This document shows positions 18,294-24,000 of a stretch of DNA of 24,000 bases, in pieces (within the stretch, counting starts at the first letter, position 1; each line of letters begins with the position of its first letter). The position numbers and the translations under genes were made by a program. Where the stretch lies: positions 50,183 to 74,182 of the forward strand of contig NZ_CABKRX010000100.1 of the NCBI RefSeq assembly GCF_902374955.1, given 5' to 3'. This DNA comes from Bacillus massilioanorexius. Lineage in GTDB: Bacteria > Bacillota > Bacilli > Bacillales > DSM-1321. The notes below the pieces were generated by a model. It was not told the DNA's origin and made no database searches. It was given only the letters and a program-made list of their open reading frames with translations.

Positions 18294-19973
18294 ATGAAAA
18301 TTAATGAACAAATTGCACACTTAATATCGTCAGCTTTAGAAAATCAACTAACAGCCCATGAAGTTGAAATTTTATTAGAAAAGCCTAAAAATCCTGATTT
18401 AGGAGATATTGCTTTTCCATGTTTTACATTAGCGAAAAAAATTCGAAAAGCACCTGTTCAAATTGCTGAAGAGCTAGGAAATCTTCTTAGAAGTGAATGG
18501 ATTGAAGGAGTAAATATTATTGGAGGCTATGTTAATATTTTCTTAAATCAAAACCTTGTGACTCATTCCGTTCTGCAAACGATTATTGAAAAAGACGGGC
18601 AATATGGTAGTAAGAAAAAGAAGCATGAAAATGTTGTGATAGATTATTCATCACCAAATATTGCAAAACCATTTTCGATGGGACACTTGCGCTCAACAGT
18701 GATTGGAAATGCAATCGCTAATATTGCTGAGAAGAATGGCTATCATGCTGTTCGTATAAATCATTTAGGAGATTGGGGAACTCAGTTTGGGAAATTGATA
18801 GTTGCCTATAAATTATGGGGAGATAAACGAGCAATTGAGGCATCACCAATACAAGAATTGCTAAAAATCTATGTGAAATTCCATGAAGAAGCTGAACATA
18901 ATGAATCATTAAATGAACAAGCTCGTTCTGCATTTAAGTTACTAGAAGAAGGAAATAGTGAAGCACTCGAACTTTGGAAGTGGTTTAGAGATGAATCCTT
19001 AATGGAGTTTGAAGCAATTTATCAGCTTTTAGGTATTCATTTTGATTCTTATTCAGGTGAAGCTTATTATAATGACAAAATGGAGCCGGTCGTTCAAGAA
19101 TTACAGGATAAAGGATTATTAGTTGAATCAGATGGGGCATACGTAGTGGAACTTGAAAATATGCCTCCTTGCTTAATTACAAAAAAAGACGGAGCTACGT
19201 TATATGCGACTCGTGATTTAGCAGCAGCTATATATCGTAAAAAGAAATATAACGCGAAGAAAACCTTCTATGTAGTTGGGAATGAGCAAACGTTACATTT
19301 TAAACAATTTTTTCAAGTGCTTGGGAAAATGGGCAATGATTGGTCAAAAGACTTAATGCATGTTCCATTTGGAATGATGTTAAAAGACGGTAAAAAGATG
19401 TCAACACGTAAAGGTAAAGTAGTTTTACTTGCAGATGTTTTAGCTGAGGCAATTGAAACAGCTAGACGAAACATTGATGAAAAGAATCCGACTCTTGAAA
19501 ATAAAAATGAAGTAGCTCAACAGGTTGGCGTTGGTGCAGTTATTTTTAATGATTTAAAGAATGATCGTCTGAACGATATTGAATTTTCGCTAGAGCAAAT
19601 GATGAAGTTTGAAGGAGAGACAGGACCTTATGTACAATATACGTTTGCACGAATAATGTCTTTACTTGAGAAAGGTCAATTTAATGAACAAGAAATTCAA
19701 TTTGGTCATTTAGGTAATGAAGGATGGGCTGTAGTTCAGTTATTAGGCGAGTTTCCAAAGGTTGTACAAAAATCATTTGAACAAGCTGATCCATCACAAA
19801 TTGCGAAGTATAGTTTAACGTTAGCTCGACAGTTTAATAAGTATTATGCTCATACAAAAATATTAGTAGAGGATGGGTCGAAGCAATCAAAGCTAGTCTT
19901 TGCATATTGTGTATCCATGGTATTAAAAGAATCGCTCAGATTATTAGGGATAAAAGTACCGAAAGAAATGTAA
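18294..19973 (+). CDS. argS: Arginyl-tRNA synthetase
   Basis: DYSSPNIAKPFSMGHLRSTVIGNAIANI (HIGH-type motif), 'GDWGTQFGKL', 'KDGKKMSTRKGKVV' (KMSKS-like) and C-terminal ALRxx domain. The ggagg RBS lies inside the supplied ATG (18279) frame, so ATG 18294 is the probable start. Confidence 0.96.
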   Translation: MKINEQIAHLISSALENQLTAHEVEILLEKPKNPDLGDIAFPCFTLAKKIRKAPVQIAEELGNLLRSEWIEGVNIIGGYVNIFLNQNLVTHSVLQTIIEKDGQYGSKKKKHENVVIDYSSPNIAKPFSMGHLRSTVIGNAIANIAEKNGYHAVRINHLGDWGTQFGKLIVAYKLWGDKRAIEASPIQELLKIYVKFHEEAEHNESLNEQARSAFKLLEEGNSEALELWKWFRDESLMEFEAIYQLLGIHFDSYSGEAYYNDKMEPVVQELQDKGLLVESDGAYVVELENMPPCLITKKDGATLYATRDLAAAIYRKKKYNAKKTFYVVGNEQTLHFKQFFQVLGKMGNDWSKDLMHVPFGMMLKDGKKMSTRKGKVVLLADVLAEAIETARRNIDEKNPTLENKNEVAQQVGVGAVIFNDLKNDRLNDIEFSLEQMMKFEGETGPYVQYTFARIMSLLEKGQFNEQEIQFGHLGNEGWAVVQLLGEFPKVVQKSFEQADPSQIAKYSLTLARQFNKYYAHTKILVEDGSKQSKLVFAYCVSMVLKESLRLLGIKVPKEM

Positions 19974-20046
19974 AAATAGAGCTAAGAGTATATTGCCTAT
20001 ACAATGTATAATACTTGTATGTCATATTTTTCTGGGAGACGTACTA

Positions 20047-20487
20047 ATGAATATCGAAAAAGAAATGTTTGTGAGAGTTACAGATTTTGTGAAAGAAAGA
20101 TTCCCACAAGGTTGGGGTGGAGCTGCTATCATGTATACGGACGATGATGATTTTCTAATTAGTGTAGCATTAGAAAGTCCAAATGGTGGTGCAATTTTAT
20201 GTATGGAGACAGGTGCATTTTGTGAAGCTCAAAAGTATAACAAAGGAATTACTCATTCTCTATGTGTTGCAAGAGATGATGAACATTCACCTTTTAAAGT
20301 ATTAACTCCTTGTGGTATATGTCAAGAACGTTTGATGTATTGGGGAGAAGATATTAAAGCAGCTATTAGTACAGAAGATGGAACCTTGCATTTTAAATCG
20401 TTGAAGGAGCTTCAACCCTATCATTGGTTAACGGCGTATAAGGGTGAAAAATTAGAACACTACGAGAAAAAGACGTCCCAAAAGTGA
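20047..20487 (+). CDS. Cytidine deaminase-like zinc-dependent deaminase
   Basis: 'CMETGAFCEAQKYN' and 'LTPCGICQERLMYW' (CxE/PCxxC-type zinc motifs). Start at ATG 20047 with gggag upstream. Confidence 0.85.
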   Translation: MNIEKEMFVRVTDFVKERFPQGWGGAAIMYTDDDDFLISVALESPNGGAILCMETGAFCEAQKYNKGITHSLCVARDDEHSPFKVLTPCGICQERLMYWGEDIKAAISTEDGTLHFKSLKELQPYHWLTAYKGEKLEHYEKKTSQK

Positions 20488-20516
20488 GTTTAATCACTTT
20501 TGGGACGTCTTCTTTT
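20471..20516. terminator. Perfect bidirectional terminator hairpin
   Basis: AGACGTCCCAAAAGTGA (20471-20487) / TCACTTTTGGGACGTCT (20494-20510), with flanking A and T tracts. Confidence 0.85.
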
Positions 20517-20680
20517 CATTTTTTTCTGTTTTAACATGTTCGAGGTAAGGAGGATTTATTGAATCTTGTAGGGAAATAGAGATGAGTAAGAGTGAATCTT
20601 CCATAATATGTCCAGAAATCTGTTGTAAAGAACTACCGTATTGTAAAAGAAGAGTTGTCATAAAATAGATTGAAAATGGA

Positions 20681-21180
20681 GTGGAAACAGTGAAACGATT
20701 TTTTGAATATAATTGGCAGATTAGGGATGAATGGTTTAATTGGTGCAAGCAATTAAACCCTGAAGAGTTAATGAGAAAACGACATGGGGGATTGGGAAGT
20801 ATATTATTTACTCTCTTTCATATAGTGGACGTTGAATATAGTTGGATTCGAGGTATTCAATCTAAAGACGATCTAGAAGTTGCTTTTGATGAGTATAATA
20901 CACTTGAAAAAGTGAAGTTGCTTTCAGATACATATCGAATGGAAATTGCGGAATATCTTTTAGCATATACAGAAGCGCATCCAAAGAAGAACTAGTTTCA
21001 GTACTTTGGGATGAAGAAACCTATTCTCGTGATGAAATTTTGCACCACGTCATTGCCCATGAAGTTCATCATATTGGACAATTATCCATTTGGGCGAGAG
21101 AACTACACTTAACACCTATATCCGCTAATTTTATAGGAAGAACATATAAGACAAACGATTTTTATCAATCGCCTTGTTAA
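20681..21180 (+). pseudogene. DinB family protein, interrupted by a frameshift near 20980-20992
   Basis: METVKRFFEYNWQIRDEWFNWCKQL...EAHPKKN* in one frame. It continues as EELVSVLWDEETYSRDEILHHVIAHEVHHIGQLSIWARELHLTPISANFIGRTYKTNDFYQSPC* in another frame up to 21180. Confidence 0.85.
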
Positions 21181-21189
21181 ATTTGCATA

Positions 21190-21247
21190 GAGGAGCCCAA
21201 AAGGGAGGAACATCACTTTTGAGACAGCCTCTAACATTTTTTGATTA
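21190..21247 (+). terminator. Imperfect terminator-like hairpin
   Basis: tagaggagcccaaaag...cttttgagacagcctcta then a T-rich tract. Confidence 0.5.
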
Positions 21248-21916
21248 ATTTGATTTTACTAATTCTTTTTCGGTAACTGTCTTTTCTTCTTCATAACCTT
21301 CATTAAAATTATCATCTGTGTAAATATGTTTTTTATAGGTAAATGTTCCGTTTTTATTATTGGTAATCGACATCATTTCCTCTTTTGGATCATCCAAGTT
21401 CATTGTCAATTGAAGAGTATTCGTTTCCAGATTTAACTCGTATAAATCTCCACCTGTAGTCACCATACCATAAGACATGCCGATAATGACAAATATACGT
21501 TTATTATCGATCCATTCAATATATTTAGGTGTAAATTGAGAATTTGGATTATCCTTTAATTTATATAATTTAGATATATTTGTTTTACTATCGTTTAAGA
21601 CGAGAACAGCTTCTCCTTCTTCAGAGCCTTCGCCTTTTCCCTCTAATGTAGCTTTAAGTGAATTATCTGGTGAAGCTTTCCATTCAGAGTGAAATGTTGG
21701 TTCAAAATCTTTTTTTTCTGTTACTTCGAATGAATATGAAGTAGGGTTTTCATTTTTAGGTTCCTCGCTAGAATTTTCATCATTTGGTTTTGTTTCTGTA
21801 GGCTTTTCTTGTTGTGTTGGTTTAGAATTATTATTTTCATTTTTAGATGTACTATTGCAAGCAGATACAGTTAATAGTGATACGATAATAAATGTTGTTA
21901 ATATAGATCGTTTCAA
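21245..21916 (-). CDS. Hypothetical lipoprotein
   Basis: Signal 'ILTTFIIVSLLTVSAC' followed by a low-complexity Asn/Glu/Lys/Pro linker and a globular domain; RBS aaggaggaaattac. Confidence 0.75.
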   Translation of the reverse strand: MKRSILTTFIIVSLLTVSACNSTSKNENNNSKPTQQEKPTETKPNDENSSEEPKNENPTSYSFEVTEKKDFEPTFHSEWKASPDNSLKATLEGKGEGSEEGEAVLVLNDSKTNISKLYKLKDNPNSQFTPKYIEWIDNKRIFVIIGMSYGMVTTGGDLYELNLETNTLQLTMNLDDPKEEMMSITNNKNGTFTYKKHIYTDDNFNEGYEEEKTVTEKELVKSN

Positions 21917-22138
21917 GTAATTTCCTCCTTTATTTGCTATTTTCTATATATAAACAGACTAACATATTTTTTACCAATTTGATGTGATTTTGTCGAAATT
22001 GATAAATGATTCTTCTATGGATAGTTTGAATTTTTTTGTTACAGATTTAAGAGAGTAAATTTTGTATTCATGATACGATTATGATTAATTTCATGTTATT
22101 ATTTGGGAAATAATGAGAGCTTTTTGGGGGAGGAAACT

Positions 22139-22846
22139 ATGAAAATAAAAAAATATGTATCCGTTCCACTATGTATCATGGCGTTGTTATTATTATCCTC
22201 TTGTAGTTTTATGAGTAATAATATAGCTTGTCCACCAGAAGCGCAAATTGATTGGGTCGATACTGTTATGATAAATAACATTGTTTATCAATATCATTTT
22301 CCTGACCCAGATGATAAAAAGCTTCCTATCTTAATTAACAAAGGTAATGAGATTGGTAAAGTTACTTATAGAATGGCTGAACGTGCTTGTAGTAATCATA
22401 AAATGAAAAACGGAGATGCAGCTTTTATTGAAGAAGATTCTCCAATATATGAGCTTAAAGGATATCCAACTAATTTAACCGTAGTTGCAGATAATAAGGT
22501 ATACATAGTTGAAGAAAATAAAAAAGCGAAAACGGTTGAAGAACTATATCCTTTGGAGGGATTAGTAAAAAATATTTATATTGAAAGTACAGAAGATGGT
22601 AGGCGATTATCTGCTTTCTCGCAAACTACCAAGGAGGATTTTTTAGCTTCTTGGTATAAATTAAAGCTTGAGAAGCATGAATCTTTATATAAACAAGGAA
22701 AATTTGAAGGAGAACGAATATTTATAGGGATTGAATTAAAAAATGGCGTTTCTTTTAGAGAAGTTTATTGGTCTGATACAAATGTATTTAGTTCTGGAGC
22801 AGTTGGCAATAAGAAAATAAAACGGTTGTTACAAATGAATGAATAA
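22139..22846 (+). CDS. Hypothetical lipoprotein
   Basis: 'MKIKKYVSVPLCIMALLLLSSCSFM' with gggggagg RBS 4-5 nt upstream of ATG 22139. The supplied ORF starts at 22103. Confidence 0.78.
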   Translation: MKIKKYVSVPLCIMALLLLSSCSFMSNNIACPPEAQIDWVDTVMINNIVYQYHFPDPDDKKLPILINKGNEIGKVTYRMAERACSNHKMKNGDAAFIEEDSPIYELKGYPTNLTVVADNKVYIVEENKKAKTVEELYPLEGLVKNIYIESTEDGRRLSAFSQTTKEDFLASWYKLKLEKHESLYKQGKFEGERIFIGIELKNGVSFREVYWSDTNVFSSGAVGNKKIKRLLQMNE

Positions 22847-22870
22847 ACGTGACGAGTACAAACAATATGA

Positions 22871-22896
22871 AAACCACTAGCTTGGCTAGTGGTTTA
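22871..22896. terminator. Hairpin between convergent genes
   Basis: aaaccactagc-ttg-gctagtggttt. Confidence 0.6.
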
Positions 22897-22922
22897 AAAG
22901 CTTAATACTTTGAGTGTTTTCT

Positions 22923-23666
22923 TTATTTCTTAAGAGTGATATAACAAATTTCATTAAAGTTAATTCTTTCAAGTTTGCAATCGTTGGAATCAGACTTTAA
23001 TAGAATAGCACCTTCTTCTGATTCGCATAATATACCTTTAATGAGTTCCTCTTCACCATCTTTTTTGACTAATGCTTGGCAACCAATGAAACTTAGTAGT
23101 TGTAAATATAGTAAGATTCCGAAAATTTGATTAGCTATATCGGGTCTTCTTGAAACAAATGGGCCAAAGTTAAGAAGAAGCTCGCGACGAACGCAAGTGT
23201 CAATTTCTATTAATTCACTCAAATGAGCGTGACCTTTCGTTTCCGCATCATGAGTAACAGAACAAATTCGCTCAAATAAGATAAACGTTCTTGAACCAAC
23301 TACATTTAATTGAATGAAGTTTTTTCCTGCGGTTTCTAGCTGCCCTAAAATTTCATGAGTCGTATCATGACAATCAATTTTCACCTTTAATAGTGCATTA
23401 CGTAAAGCTAAAAAACGTAGTTGTAATTTTCTTGTCATGGCTGGGTCTCTTCTAGTTCCAATGGTTAAAAGCATTTCATTCGCTGCTTTAATACATTTTT
23501 TCAATTCAGCTAATTTTTCCGGTGGCAGTGGGCTATTAGGTGATGAAAATAACGGTGTAGAAATTCTTTCAGGACAACGAAATGGTGAACAAAAATGATC
23601 ATCTGAAAGGGAACCTGTGATACACTCAGGACATTGAAAGGTATGATTATTTTGAGGATTATCCAT
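22923..23666 (-). CDS. Uncharacterised protein with N-terminal repeated F(Q/R)CPE(C/R)I motif, coupled to the upstream oxidase-like gene
   Basis: MDNPQNNHTFQCPECITGSLSDDHFCSPFRCPERIST... with aaggag 9 nt before ATG 23666. The start overlaps the upstream stop (ATGGATAA). Confidence 0.75.
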   Translation of the reverse strand: MDNPQNNHTFQCPECITGSLSDDHFCSPFRCPERISTPLFSSPNSPLPPEKLAELKKCIKAANEMLLTIGTRRDPAMTRKLQLRFLALRNALLKVKIDCHDTTHEILGQLETAGKNFIQLNVVGSRTFILFERICSVTHDAETKGHAHLSELIEIDTCVRRELLLNFGPFVSRRPDIANQIFGILLYLQLLSFIGCQALVKKDGEEELIKGILCESEEGAILLKSDSNDCKLERINFNEICYITLKK

Positions 23667-24000
23667 AATACTCATCTCCTTGTCCATCTATACATTTTTT
23701 CAAAGGTGCTAAACATGGATCTAGTCGTTCTAAAACACGCATGATTCCCCATAGTCCAAGTTCAATGTCCCATCGAATATTTCCAGAGCGATACATATAG
23801 TCTCCTGGTATATTGTAAAGTCCTCCTGCACCATAAAACAATTCGAAATCATCATTACTTCCAACTGAATTTTCACCTTTCACTGAAGTTGCAGGGGAGT
23901 TTACGTCATGAATGCTACTTAGCCATTTATGACCATGCAAGACAAAAGTATGTGCTCTCGCACGGTCTGCTGGATATACAAATCGTATGGTTGTTCGATC
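23659..24000 (-). CDS. Multicopper oxidase-like protein, C-terminal fragment (runs off the right edge)
   Basis: The minus frame is open to 24000: DRTTIRFVYPADRARAHTFVLHGHKWLSSIHDVNSPATS...YGAGGLYNIPGDYMYRSGNIRWDIELGLWGIMRVL. The overall pattern is a cupredoxin C-terminal domain. Confidence 0.75.
   Translation of the reverse strand, partial: DRTTIRFVYPADRARAHTFVLHGHKWLSSIHDVNSPATSVKGENSVGSNDDFELFYGAGGLYNIPGDYMYRSGNIRWDIELGLWGIMRVLERLDPCLAPLKKCIDGQGDEYYG

Noticed and set aside
20494-20748. 84-aa minus-strand ORF ending in EKKTSQK
   Set aside because: It is antisense to the DinB start and to a terminator. Its C-terminus mirrors the deaminase only because the stem is palindromic, and there is no convincing RBS.
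1-24000. Search for CRISPR arrays, toxin-antitoxin pairs, restriction-modification or retron-like modules
   Set aside because: No regularly spaced repeats of 20-40 bp, no reverse transcriptase, Cas, methylase or toxin signature in the supplied translations. The only short-period direct repeat is the two-copy element upstream of ppk.

Overview
Low-GC Firmicute (Bacillaceae/Planococcaceae-like) chromosomal window. I found no CRISPR array, rRNA, tRNA, intact transposase or intact prophage. Recognisable content: a nitroreductase (truncated by the window edge); a TVP38/TMEM64-type membrane protein; a four-gene tetR-ABC transporter operon; polyphosphate kinase; a YvlD/phage-holin-IV-type membrane protein; a stand-alone tetR + primary sigma factor (SigA/RpoD) pair outside the usual dnaG context; a PaiB-like protein; an SMR efflux pair with its own TetR; a NUDIX hydrolase; a GNAT protein; a T-box leader (Arg specifier CGC) ahead of argS with an unusual ~270-bp interval; a cytidine deaminase-like protein; a frameshifted DinB-family gene; several lipoproteins; and, at the right edge, a translationally coupled pair made of a multicopper-oxidase-like protein that has lost its C-terminal copper ligands and an uncharacterised Cys-containing protein. 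The most interesting observations are: (1) a tetR-sigA cassette whose promoter overlaps a perfect 12+3+12 inverted repeat; (2) the ligand-less multicopper oxidase homologue and its coupled partner; (3) paired operator palindromes at two other tetR promoters; (4) a 17-bp direct repeat with 30-bp period upstream of ppk; (5) two genes whose best start codons appear to be non-canonical (ATA, ATC); (6) decayed genes (GIY-YIG, tyrosine recombinase, DinB, GNAT N-terminus). I see no convincing wholly new defence-type system.
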